Origin: an uncultured virus (IMG/VR IMGVR_UViG_3300003267_000135)
Taxonomy: Duplodnaviria; Heunggongvirae; Uroviricota; Caudoviricetes
Reading direction: 5' to 3' (one strand)
DNA length: 64,000 nucleotides
IMG/VR virus record: IMGVR_UViG_3300003267_000135
Span: 1-64,000 of that record
In this document: in pieces, positions 54,942 through 64,000 of the stretch
Numbering within the stretch: position 1 is the first letter of the stretch
Layout: every line of letters starts with the position of its first letter
Notes under the pieces: model-generated
The model's input: the letters and a program-made list of their open reading frames with translations, nothing else
Told to the model about the DNA's origin: nothing
Databases searched by the model: none
Translations under genes and position numbers: made by a program

Positions 54942-56207
54942 ATGGCTCCGACCTCTGGATTTCTCCTATCAGCCCTGCCGCGTTCGCCGGATGTTCCAGC
55001 GCGTATCGGCCAGATCGATGCGCGGGAAATCTACGACAGTGTGCGGCAATCGCTCAGCACTGCGGAACAGATGCGCAGCGCAACGGGGCGCGTGATTCTG
55101 GCCGACGAACAGATGCGCACGGGTGTTGCCGAGAACCAAGCGCGACAGGACACGCTGCCAACACTCACGCAGGCGACATTGACCGATGTCCCCTTGCGCA
55201 GCCAATTGCTCGCCCAACAGGTGGAGGCTGGCCCCGCTCATACGCGATTACTTGCAGCGCAGGCGGCAGGAGCGGAAAGCTCACTAGCGGCTAACCAGTC
55301 GCTCCGGGATCAGCAAGCCGCGTTGCGCGCCAAGGCCACGGCGGAAATGCCGTCGTTGCTGCAAGAGCGTGAGGCAGCAAACAAGCTCGCCGGCTACAAC
55401 GAAAGCGCCGCAGCACTCGGCAATCTGCGCGTCAAATATCCGTGGATCGCGCTTCCAGAATTTAAGGACACGCTGGGCAAGTCGCTCGACGAGGAACAGC
55501 AGGCCGCGCTTAAGGCGGCAAGTGCGCAGGCCGACCGCGAAAGCCGCGAGTCGATTGCAACCACGCGATCCGCGGGCACGGTGGACGCAGCTCGTGCGCG
55601 TGCGGAAGCCACCAAAACCGCGGCGGCGCTCCGCAATGGACCGCTGGCTTTGCTCAGCCGGCAAGCCGAGCTTATCGAAGCAGCCGGGTTGTTCCCGGAT
55701 GATCCGATGATCGCGCAACAACTGGAGAGCGTGAACGCAGTTTTGCGCAATCAACAGGCGTCCGAGATGAAGAATCCAAACGCAGCCAAGGTTTCACCTC
55801 CCGCGGGATTGGTGTTGTTGCAGAACAAGCAAAAGCTCATCGCGGCCAAGGACGCCGCTCAAGCGGTGCTCGATCAGGCGTTGGACGATGGCGATCCCGA
55901 GGTGATCGCGGCGGCACAAGCGGATTACAACACGGCGGCGGCGCTTGCTGCGGACGCGACAAACGAGCATCAGCTTTATCACGCCGAGCGCACAAAAAAG
56001 ATTTCCAAGGGAATCGACGCTGCGGCAATCGACGCTCTTGCCAGCAAGCTAACGGGTGGCAAAACCACACCACCTGCCGCGACCCCTGCACATCCGACGG
56101 GCGCGAAGACGCTCACACCGGAAAAAGCAGCGGAATACCTGAAGGCCGCAGGAGGCGACAAGACCAAGGCGCGCGAACTGGCGCGCAAAGACGGATGGAG
56201 CTTCTAA
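54942..56207 (+). CDS. Putative DNA ejection/internal virion protein
   Basis: Helical, Ala-rich; C-terminal YLKAAGGD..KARELA..DGW. Confidence 0.55.
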   Translation: MAPTSGFLLSALPRSPDVPARIGQIDAREIYDSVRQSLSTAEQMRSATGRVILADEQMRTGVAENQARQDTLPTLTQATLTDVPLRSQLLAQQVEAGPAHTRLLAAQAAGAESSLAANQSLRDQQAALRAKATAEMPSLLQEREAANKLAGYNESAAALGNLRVKYPWIALPEFKDTLGKSLDEEQQAALKAASAQADRESRESIATTRSAGTVDAARARAEATKTAAALRNGPLALLSRQAELIEAAGLFPDDPMIAQQLESVNAVLRNQQASEMKNPNAAKVSPPAGLVLLQNKQKLIAAKDAAQAVLDQALDDGDPEVIAAAQADYNTAAALAADATNEHQLYHAERTKKISKGIDAAAIDALASKLTGGKTTPPAATPAHPTGAKTLTPEKAAEYLKAAGGDKTKARELARKDGWSF

Positions 56208-56211
56208 GGCA

Positions 56212-59200
56212 ATGGATGTCTTTGACCAAGTTGCCACAGCCGAACCAAAGGCTGATGCCTTCGACGTAGCCGAGCAGGAGCTTTCTCGCCAACAGAAAGC
56301 CGCGGACCGTCGTGGCGAAGCAGAGAAGTTGTTGAACCGATTCAAACCCGTTGAATCGCCCTATGATGACCTTTACGCTACGCTAGGCAGTCGCGCCGGA
56401 CACGAACTAACCAAGGCTGCGCTGTTGGCTGGTGGAAAAAAAACGGACATCGCGCTCGGCGTCTTGGCTCCACTTGCGGCGACAGTGGCGTCAGCACCGA
56501 TTCCAATTCCCGGCAGCACCGCGGCGGCGGGTGCGTCTTCATCCGCAGCGGCAGATGCCTTGGTTCAGGCGCGCGAATATCTACGCGGTGAACGCGATGA
56601 CTTTTCCAAGGGGCGTCTGCTGGCAAGTGGCGTCACGGGCGCGGTTGTTCCGCCCGGCGTCAAGGCGGCATCCACCCCATTGCTTACGGCGGCGAAAACC
56701 GTCGGCATCCGCGGCGCGCAGGGCGCTGGTCTTGGGGCCGCGCACGAAGCCATTTCCGAGGCAATAGACGAGGGCAAGTTGCATGGTGGGGCCATTCTAT
56801 CGGCCGGGCTGTTGGGCACGCTCGTTGGGGCAGGATTCGGCACGCTAGAGGGCGCTGCGCCGCACATCATCAAGGCACTTCGCGGCAAGACCGTCGCGGA
56901 AGCAAAGAAGGTTATTGCCGAAGAACTGCCGAAGCTGGACGCCAACGAGGCGTTGAGCGCGGCAGAAAAGGCGGAAGTGCGCGGCGTATTGGAGGGAGCG
57001 CAAAAGCGGATCGACGATCTGCTTGGCGTGAAGCCCGACACGGTGGCTCCGACTGCCGGCGATAGCGCGCTTGCGCGGCAGGCGAATGCGGAAGCCGCCC
57101 TTGGTGGTGAAGCTCCGATCACGCGGCTGCAAAAGGCCGACGAACGCGCGGCAGCATTGGGCGCAGCTCGCGCCGAGGACGTGAAGGCATCGCTTCTTGC
57201 CCGTCAGTTGGGAGAAGGCGAATCCACGGTTTTGACCGGCGATGAGGTTCAGAACCAATTGACGAAACTGGAAACGCGTCCCGGCGAGTCGCGACGTGAA
57301 CGCGCCCGGTTGCTGGCAAAACAAGCTCAAGCCACTGCGCCCGGCGATGAGGTTGCCGCTGAATTGTCGGCACAGGCGGATCGTGTGCTGCGCGCGGAGG
57401 GAAATGAAGGCCAAGGGCCGACTCCGGTTCGCCGTCCGGCGTCAGCCGAAAAACCCGCACAATCGGAAGCGGTCCCACAAACTGAAAAGCCGCCTGTTGA
57501 GGCGGCTCCCACGGGTCAACCCGTGTCATCTGAGGTGCGGCCGGATACCGTGCCGACTCAGGCGACGGAGGCCGTTGCACCAACCAAGTCCGCGAGCAAT
57601 CGCGAAATTGCCGACCAAAAACGGCGGATTCGGGACATGGAGCGACAGGCCGAAAAGCTGGACGCCATCGATCCGACGCGCGCGAACGATGTGCGCGACA
57701 AGTTGGAGGCTGAACGCCTGAAACTGGCTGGCATGGTGGCCAACAAGAAGGAGGGTGCGCGGCCAACCGTGGGCGTCGGACCCGACGGCACGCGCGACAT
57801 TCTGACGGACATCGCCGAATACGTCGGCACGCTGCGCACAGCTGGCGACAGCGAATCGAAGGCGCGGCTCAATGTGCTCCAAGGTATCGCCCGGCGTCTG
57901 CGCGGCGGCATTGAAGGAGCCGAATGGAGCGACGCGATCGAGACGCTGAACAGCATCGGCGCGCGTTCGAACAGCGAAGCAGGAGCATACAACTTCACGA
58001 CCGCGGCAGAACTTGAGGACGCGATTTCCAACGCGCTTGCCGCACGGGAAAAGGCGCGTGGTTCGCTCAAGGTGGAGAATTACCAACAGCGCGTTGAAGA
58101 GGGGTTCATTGCTGCAAACGAGGAAGATGCTGCGCGGCTACTCGCTTCGGGCAAAGGGCGGCAGATCGAAGAGATCGGCGTGGGCGGAAAATTCAAGATC
58201 GACGGCGAGAAGTTCTCGATTGTTGGTGTCGAGGAAACAGCGAACGGCACATACGAATACATCGTCAAGGACGGGCATATGTTCCGCGTGCCCGAGGGAA
58301 CTGTTGTCACGCCGGACAAAGGGAAGGTGACGCACGCCAAGCGACTTTCAAAGGCATCGACCGATTTTCTGCCTTCCGAAGATTTGCCGCAGTCTCCCCA
58401 AGGAGGAGCTGAGATTACGCCGAACGTTTCGCCGGAAGGGGCTGCGGCATCTAAAGCCGAAGGCTTCCGGCTCGAATCTGTCACAAACGAACAGCAGGCG
58501 GCGGAAGCTGCGGCAAAGCGCGAGCGTTTACTGGCGCAGGAGCGTAAGCAGAAGATCGAAACGCTTGCCGAAAAGCCGTTGACGGGCGACAGCTCGGACG
58601 TGGGCCAAGGCACGTTGCTCGCGGGCGACGAAGATTTGTTCAGCGGGCCGAGTGCGGAAACGTTGGCGAAGAAAGATCAGCGCGGCTCCATCGGCACCGG
58701 CCTACTCTTCAGCACTCCATTGCAGTCCGCGTTGGGCGGCGTCGCTGGTGGCGTTTACGGATCAACGCAGGGCGCAACGCCGGATGAGCGTCGCCAAAAC
58801 ATGCTGCTAGGTGCGGCGGCTGGCGCGGCTGGTGGCGCGGGGCTACGCATCGCGGGAAAAGCTGTGCTCAGTCGCATGGGCGCGAAACCCGTTTACGAGA
58901 TCGACAAGCATCTTGCGCCGCCACCGTTGCCCAAGATCACTGAACAACTCGACAAAGTGCCGAGCACGATCAAGGCGGCGACGCTCTCGATTTATGCGCC
59001 GTTGGACAAACTCGTTGAGGACGTGCGCAAGGCGGCATCGTGGCTGTATGTTATTCCAAAGCGCGAGTTGCCGTTGAGCCGTGAGTTTGAACAGGTCGCA
59101 GGCGCAGCGGGCAAAGCCGGTCAGGATGTGAAGGATTACGTGCGCAACGTGCTCGATGCCGTGGGCGCGGATGATCGCCAGAACTTTGATCGGCTGGTGG

Positions 59201-61680
59201 CGCTCAAACGCATTGAACAGCGGTTGGCGTGGAACGACGCCAACGCCAGTGATCGCAAGGTTGTCGGCGACTGGACGCACGCCAAGGTTGCCGCGGATTT
59301 GGCGAAACTTGAAGCTGAGATCGGCGCACCACGCGTTGCCGAGTTGGACAAGATCGCGAGCGGCATCATGCAGACCGAGGCCGACGACGCGTTGCGGTTG
59401 CAGGTTCAAAGCGGCCGACTGTCACAGGAGTCCTACAACCGCATCAAGTCGGAGAACGATTTCTACGCGCCGTTCAAAGTGCTCGATCACTTGGAAGGAT
59501 TCGACACGGGCGCGTCGCGCGCGGTCGATACGCGGGACCAACTGGCAAAGGTCATCGAAGGCATCCACAGCACGGATTTCCATATTGAGAATCCGTCGGT
59601 TGCTCTGGCGCAGCACATTTTCAAAGGCCGCATTCTCGCCGAGAAAAACCTGAAAATGCTGGAGCTGGCAAAGCTCGCCGACAACGACGTATCGGGAACG
59701 TTGATTCGTAAACTGCAACCTCACGACGAGCCGCGCCGTGGTTACGAGACGGTGAACTATTTCGACAACGGGACGCCGATGCGTCTTGAGGTGAAACCCG
59801 ATGTTGCCGAAGCCGTGAAGGGGTTGAACGCCACGCAAGCGGGATGGGTCGCCAACTTCGCGCGCAAGGCGGCAGGCGTCTTCCGATTTGGAGCGACTAC
59901 CGGCAACGTCGCGTTTCAGCCGGTCAACTTCACGCTGGCCGATCAGCCGAACGTCTGGCTCGTCAGCAAATACGGCCTGAAAGGCGCACAGGACATTTGG
60001 CGCGCACCGATTGATTTTATCCACGGCGGTTACGCGTCGATTTTCTCAAACCTGCTCGGCGGCGAGGGCGGGGCGTTCGCCAAGGTCGGCGCGCACGTGC
60101 CCGGCGTGAAACAGGCCAATGACGCAGCGGCAAAGCTCGCCCGCGAGTTCTATGAGAGCGGTGCGGCTGGCTCCAACTGGCAGGAGTTAATCGACACGAT
60201 GGGCGGAACCGTGGACGAAAAGCGTTTGCTCGGATCGCTCAAGCTGGGTGAACACAGCCTGCTTGATTCAATCGGCTCCATCAACAAGGCGATCGAGGAG
60301 TCGTCAAAGATGATGGGATTCAAACGCGGTCTGCGCATTGAGGGCATCGACAAGATGACGCCGGCACAGGCCGAGGAGGCGTTGAAGAAAGTCGTCGCCG
60401 AGGTGCGCAATTTCGCGGGCTCGCCGGACTTCTTCCGCAGCGGTTGGGCAGTGCGCGATCTGAACAACCTTGCGCAAATGTTCCTGAATGCGCGCGTGCA
60501 GGGCATCACCAACCTGACGGGACGACTGGCCGGCGCGGACGGCGTTGGACCGGCACGCGACGCTTGGTTGCGCATCGCCGGCACGATCGGCACAGGCGCG
60601 GCGTATCTATGGTATCGCAATCACGCGCCGGAAAACGAAGCGGATTACAACGCGCGCAGCGAAGCCGAGCGGAAGAACTACTTCCTTTTCCCACGCTATG
60701 ACGAGTCGGGCAAGCCGCTGTATAGCACCAACGAGTTTGGGCAGAGCGTGCGGGAATACTGGCGTTTGCCGAAGCGCGAAGTGCTGCAATACATGGGCAA
60801 CACCGTGGAATCGGCGCTCGACTTCGCGCACGACAAAGACCCGGATGCGGTGAAGAACTACGGCGTTCAGATGCTCGAAAACTTGAGCCCAGTGAACGTC
60901 GGCGGGCGCAACGCACGGGAGCGATTTGAGAGCGTGATCGGCGGCGCAAACCCGTTGGTCAAAGTGCCGTTTGAGCAAGTGAGCGGGCGCGACACATTTC
61001 GGCATCGCGACATTCTCCCGACCGATGATTTCAAGCGCGCGTCGCCCGAGAACCAATTCACCGAGACAACGCCAAAACTGATGGTGAGGGCGGCGCACGC
61101 GATGCCGTCATTTGCGCCGGACAATCTGCGCAGTCCGATGATGCTGCAAAACCTCGTCGAAGGCGCGAGCGGGCGTGTGCTCACGCAGTTCTTGCCGAAG
61201 AATCAACCGGAGGGACGCGATCCCACAGCGGCGGCGGTTGCCGGCAATCCACTGACCGCACGCATGGCCGGTTCGCTTTACGTGGACCGCAGCAAGGAGC
61301 AGGAGCAGATCGATACGCTGAAGCGTGCGGAAGCCGACACGCGCGTTGAAAAGAAGCGGGGCGCGAAGGAGACGATTTCCGAGTTGAAAACCCTGTCGGC
61401 TCCGGAGGTTTCACAGCGGCTCAAGGACATTGCGACCAATCGCCCCGAGCTGTTTGAGCAGATCATCACGGAGATGAACAAGTCCGAGCGCGACGTGATT
61501 GATCGGCAGTTGCTTGGTCTTGGCGTGAAGAACGGCGCACGGGCGCAATTCATCGTCGGCCAACTGCGCACCATGCAGCCGGACAAGATCGCGGATTATC
61601 TGAAGCGATTGAGCCAAGGCGATGAGGCTCCGCTGACGCCTGAAGTGTTTGAGCAAGTGACGGCGCTACTTGGGAAATGA
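56212..61680 (+). CDS. Large internal virion protein with LPD38-like C-terminal region
   Basis: 1822 aa; NYFLFP..YWRLPK..P.VK.P.E..SGRD.FR.RDI. Confidence 0.65.
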   Translation: MDVFDQVATAEPKADAFDVAEQELSRQQKAADRRGEAEKLLNRFKPVESPYDDLYATLGSRAGHELTKAALLAGGKKTDIALGVLAPLAATVASAPIPIPGSTAAAGASSSAAADALVQAREYLRGERDDFSKGRLLASGVTGAVVPPGVKAASTPLLTAAKTVGIRGAQGAGLGAAHEAISEAIDEGKLHGGAILSAGLLGTLVGAGFGTLEGAAPHIIKALRGKTVAEAKKVIAEELPKLDANEALSAAEKAEVRGVLEGAQKRIDDLLGVKPDTVAPTAGDSALARQANAEAALGGEAPITRLQKADERAAALGAARAEDVKASLLARQLGEGESTVLTGDEVQNQLTKLETRPGESRRERARLLAKQAQATAPGDEVAAELSAQADRVLRAEGNEGQGPTPVRRPASAEKPAQSEAVPQTEKPPVEAAPTGQPVSSEVRPDTVPTQATEAVAPTKSASNREIADQKRRIRDMERQAEKLDAIDPTRANDVRDKLEAERLKLAGMVANKKEGARPTVGVGPDGTRDILTDIAEYVGTLRTAGDSESKARLNVLQGIARRLRGGIEGAEWSDAIETLNSIGARSNSEAGAYNFTTAAELEDAISNALAAREKARGSLKVENYQQRVEEGFIAANEEDAARLLASGKGRQIEEIGVGGKFKIDGEKFSIVGVEETANGTYEYIVKDGHMFRVPEGTVVTPDKGKVTHAKRLSKASTDFLPSEDLPQSPQGGAEITPNVSPEGAAASKAEGFRLESVTNEQQAAEAAAKRERLLAQERKQKIETLAEKPLTGDSSDVGQGTLLAGDEDLFSGPSAETLAKKDQRGSIGTGLLFSTPLQSALGGVAGGVYGSTQGATPDERRQNMLLGAAAGAAGGAGLRIAGKAVLSRMGAKPVYEIDKHLAPPPLPKITEQLDKVPSTIKAATLSIYAPLDKLVEDVRKAASWLYVIPKRELPLSREFEQVAGAAGKAGQDVKDYVRNVLDAVGADDRQNFDRLVALKRIEQRLAWNDANASDRKVVGDWTHAKVAADLAKLEAEIGAPRVAELDKIASGIMQTEADDALRLQVQSGRLSQESYNRIKSENDFYAPFKVLDHLEGFDTGASRAVDTRDQLAKVIEGIHSTDFHIENPSVALAQHIFKGRILAEKNLKMLELAKLADNDVSGTLIRKLQPHDEPRRGYETVNYFDNGTPMRLEVKPDVAEAVKGLNATQAGWVANFARKAAGVFRFGATTGNVAFQPVNFTLADQPNVWLVSKYGLKGAQDIWRAPIDFIHGGYASIFSNLLGGEGGAFAKVGAHVPGVKQANDAAAKLAREFYESGAAGSNWQELIDTMGGTVDEKRLLGSLKLGEHSLLDSIGSINKAIEESSKMMGFKRGLRIEGIDKMTPAQAEEALKKVVAEVRNFAGSPDFFRSGWAVRDLNNLAQMFLNARVQGITNLTGRLAGADGVGPARDAWLRIAGTIGTGAAYLWYRNHAPENEADYNARSEAERKNYFLFPRYDESGKPLYSTNEFGQSVREYWRLPKREVLQYMGNTVESALDFAHDKDPDAVKNYGVQMLENLSPVNVGGRNARERFESVIGGANPLVKVPFEQVSGRDTFRHRDILPTDDFKRASPENQFTETTPKLMVRAAHAMPSFAPDNLRSPMMLQNLVEGASGRVLTQFLPKNQPEGRDPTAAAVAGNPLTARMAGSLYVDRSKEQEQIDTLKRAEADTRVEKKRGAKETISELKTLSAPEVSQRLKDIATNRPELFEQIITEMNKSERDVIDRQLLGLGVKNGARAQFIVGQLRTMQPDKIADYLKRLSQGDEAPLTPEVFEQVTALLGK

Positions 61681-64000
61681 GCACAACCACCGATTTTTGC
61701 CTGACGACGATCGGCGTTGCTCCCGTGCCGCCCGCGTCGGGAACAACGCTGGTTCTAGCCAGCGGAGTAGCGACATTCCCGCCCGCTCCATTTGACGCCG
61801 CGATCTGGCCCAACGGCGTGCTGCCCAATCGCAGCAATATCGAAGTCGTCCGGGTCACAGAGGTCAATTTGCTGACAGGCCAATTCCGGATCATTCGTGC
61901 GCAGAATCAAACCACGGCTAAATCCGTGTTGGCCGGCTGGCAGATCGCCACCGTGATCGCGGAATTGGCGCTCGCCAGCGATGGCGTCGGGTTTGCCAAT
62001 CCGATGACGGCGATTGGCGATATGATCTATGGGCGCAATGCGGGAGTCGCGACACGCCTGCCGGGGAACACAACCCTACGCCGCAAGTTTCTCGCTCAAG
62101 CCGGGACGCTTCCGGTCAGTGCGCTGCCGCCAGTGTGGACGGATGGGCCGCGGTTCAACGTCCGCGATTTCGGCGCGGTGGGCAACGGCACCACGGACGA
62201 CACGGCGGCAATCAACGCCGCTCGGGACGCGCTCGTAGCGGCTGGCGGCGGTGCGTTGTATTTTCCGGGTGGCAGCTACCGCACGGACGGGATTACGGCG
62301 ATTACGAGTTGCCCGGTGCATTTCGTCGGCGATGGCTTTTCGACTGCGACGATCATCAACTCGCACCTGACCAATCCCACGATTCAGGTGACAGGTCAGT
62401 TCATGTCGATTGCGTGGCTCAAGTTCACTTGCACGCAAGACAGGATGAACGGCAATCCGTTGTTCAACATTGATGGCAACGGAACGGACGCGCTGGTGTA
62501 TGTCTCCAATTGCCAGATACGCGCCAATGCGGACTGCTTCAAAGCATATCGCTGCCTCGCCAATTTCTCGCAAGTCACAATCAAGTGTCTGCGGCAAGGC
62601 GGCTATGCCCTATGGTGCAAGTCGGCTGGGTTAACGGCGGTAAATTGTCTGTTCTTCACGGGGGGAACCAATCAGCCGCCGCTTTGGTTGCAGGGAACGG
62701 CCACGTCGATTTCGATTGCAAACTGTGGCATCGCTGGGGCCGGTCCGCGCGCGTCCTACGTGCCGTCGTCCATCACAAGCACGGCGGGAAATTTCACGGT
62801 CAATTTCTCGGTGAATCACACGTTCGCCGTGGGCGACTGGATCAACATTTCGGGAGTCACGCCGAGCGCGTATCGCGGCTTTTGGCGGATCGCGTCCAAG
62901 ACCGCTACGAGCGTGACAATCACGTCGCCGATCAATCCCGGCAACGCCACGATCTCAATCGCAGCAACGGCATTGGTGGCGGATCAACGCTATGTCATCG
63001 GTGCGTTGGGAACAACCAACTGGACGACGGTGGGCGCAGCGGTCAACGCGGTCGGAATCCCGTTCAAGGCGAACGGGGCCGGCACTGGCAGCGGCACGGC
63101 AAACGGGACGGTCTATTCGGTTTCATGCTCGGCGCTGATCGACAATGAGCTTGGGCCAATCAACGAATCCCAGATCACCGGCTCTCAATTCGGCGCGTCC
63201 GGATACCCCAAAGACCCCCTTTCCGTTGGTTTATACGTGGACGGACGGCGCGGGGATGGCGCGATAGAGGGGTGGCAACTCACCGCGTCCTACGTGGACA
63301 TTGGCCGCGTTGGCGTGCTTCTGACAGGGAAAGGTCCCGCAGGCGCGGGCACAACCGGACGTTGGCTCATTGACTCGTGTTTTTTCGAGGGCAATGCGGG
63401 CGATGGGGATTCCACCATGCTTGGACAGGTCTGGGTGGAGCAGTGTCCCGGCGTGACGCTGCGCGGCTTGAAGGGCAGCGACGCGGCAAAAGACTCGGAC
63501 TGCAAGGCGCTCTATGTTTATTCCGACGGCGCGGCTCCGCTCTGTGATGGATTGAAGGTCACGGATTCGGAGCTGGGGACGTGTGAGAACTGGACAAGCG
63601 TGGGAGCGACCAACCTTGCCAAATACGGAGCGGCATTCGAGGGCCGGATCAATTACCTGACGTTCGCCAATAATACGGTCTGGGGAAAGACATCCCCGGT
63701 GCTGAACACAGGACCGGCAATTGATGCCACAACCGTAGTTAAGAGTTCCAATAATACATTTTTCACGGGCACCGTGTTTCCAACCACGCCGATTTATGTG
63801 CCGTTTTTCTCGAATGACGGCGGTGTTCCGGTCGGTGGGATCGTGCCATACTCGGGAGCTTTTGCGGATATTCCCTCCAATTGGGCATTGTGCGATGGTT
63901 CTGGCGGAACCGTTGATCTCCGAGATCGATTCATCCTTGGCACCGCTACCGAGGCCGACGTTGGCACCACGGGTGGAACCGCCCAACACAAACATGCCGC
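61677..64000 (+). CDS. Tail fibre/tailspike (3' partial): beta-helix and collar domain
   Basis: ATGA-coupled MSTTTDF..; FNVRDFGAVGNGTTDDTAAINAA..LYFPGG.Y; near the window end PVGGIVPYSG..IP.NWALCDG..DLRDRFILG; absent from the ORF track because no stop lies in the window. Confidence 0.8.
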   Translation, partial: MSTTTDFCLTTIGVAPVPPASGTTLVLASGVATFPPAPFDAAIWPNGVLPNRSNIEVVRVTEVNLLTGQFRIIRAQNQTTAKSVLAGWQIATVIAELALASDGVGFANPMTAIGDMIYGRNAGVATRLPGNTTLRRKFLAQAGTLPVSALPPVWTDGPRFNVRDFGAVGNGTTDDTAAINAARDALVAAGGGALYFPGGSYRTDGITAITSCPVHFVGDGFSTATIINSHLTNPTIQVTGQFMSIAWLKFTCTQDRMNGNPLFNIDGNGTDALVYVSNCQIRANADCFKAYRCLANFSQVTIKCLRQGGYALWCKSAGLTAVNCLFFTGGTNQPPLWLQGTATSISIANCGIAGAGPRASYVPSSITSTAGNFTVNFSVNHTFAVGDWINISGVTPSAYRGFWRIASKTATSVTITSPINPGNATISIAATALVADQRYVIGALGTTNWTTVGAAVNAVGIPFKANGAGTGSGTANGTVYSVSCSALIDNELGPINESQITGSQFGASGYPKDPLSVGLYVDGRRGDGAIEGWQLTASYVDIGRVGVLLTGKGPAGAGTTGRWLIDSCFFEGNAGDGDSTMLGQVWVEQCPGVTLRGLKGSDAAKDSDCKALYVYSDGAAPLCDGLKVTDSELGTCENWTSVGATNLAKYGAAFEGRINYLTFANNTVWGKTSPVLNTGPAIDATTVVKSSNNTFFTGTVFPTTPIYVPFFSNDGGVPVGGIVPYSGAFADIPSNWALCDGSGGTVDLRDRFILGTATEADVGTTGGTAQHKHA

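Noticed and set aside
61677..64000. Diversity-generating retroelement acting on tail fibres
   Set aside because: No reverse transcriptase and no template/variable repeat pair seen in the window.

Overview
The window is most of a tailed dsDNA phage genome (podovirus-like). Host and taxonomy cannot be fixed from sequence alone. Layout: lysis-type membrane genes (1-900); a long leftward early/recombination arm (946-16315: RecE-like nuclease, RecT, HNHs, DUF1643, TOPRIM protein, nucleotidyltransferase, RNase H, four tandem paralogs, MoxR-AAA/vWA module); a repeat-rich control region and putative TerS (16.3-18.1 kb); replication and regulatory genes (20-29 kb: MTase, initiator, primase-helicase, XRE HTH); and a virion operon (TerL, portal, scaffold, glycosyltransferases, capsid, tail, ejection proteins, tail fibre running off the end). 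The most notable system is a complete integron inside the virion operon (42035-44630): an IntI-type integrase, a putative attI and four cassettes with four attC sites. Every cassette ORF is antisense to the attC polarity and co-directional with intI, and short ORFs read through the attC sites. Second, the first leftward genes are punctuated by self-cleaving ribozymes (twister 16331-16405, type II hammerhead 14822-14897), and three consecutive genes share one 18-nt translation leader. Also found: a RusA-like resolvase whose motifs are split over two overlapping frames, a genome-wide 18-bp regulatory motif, and two unrecognised tandem paralog families. Three 'nn' positions (908, 28837, 42603) look like assembly gaps. 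All family assignments come from motif recognition by eye; no searches were run.
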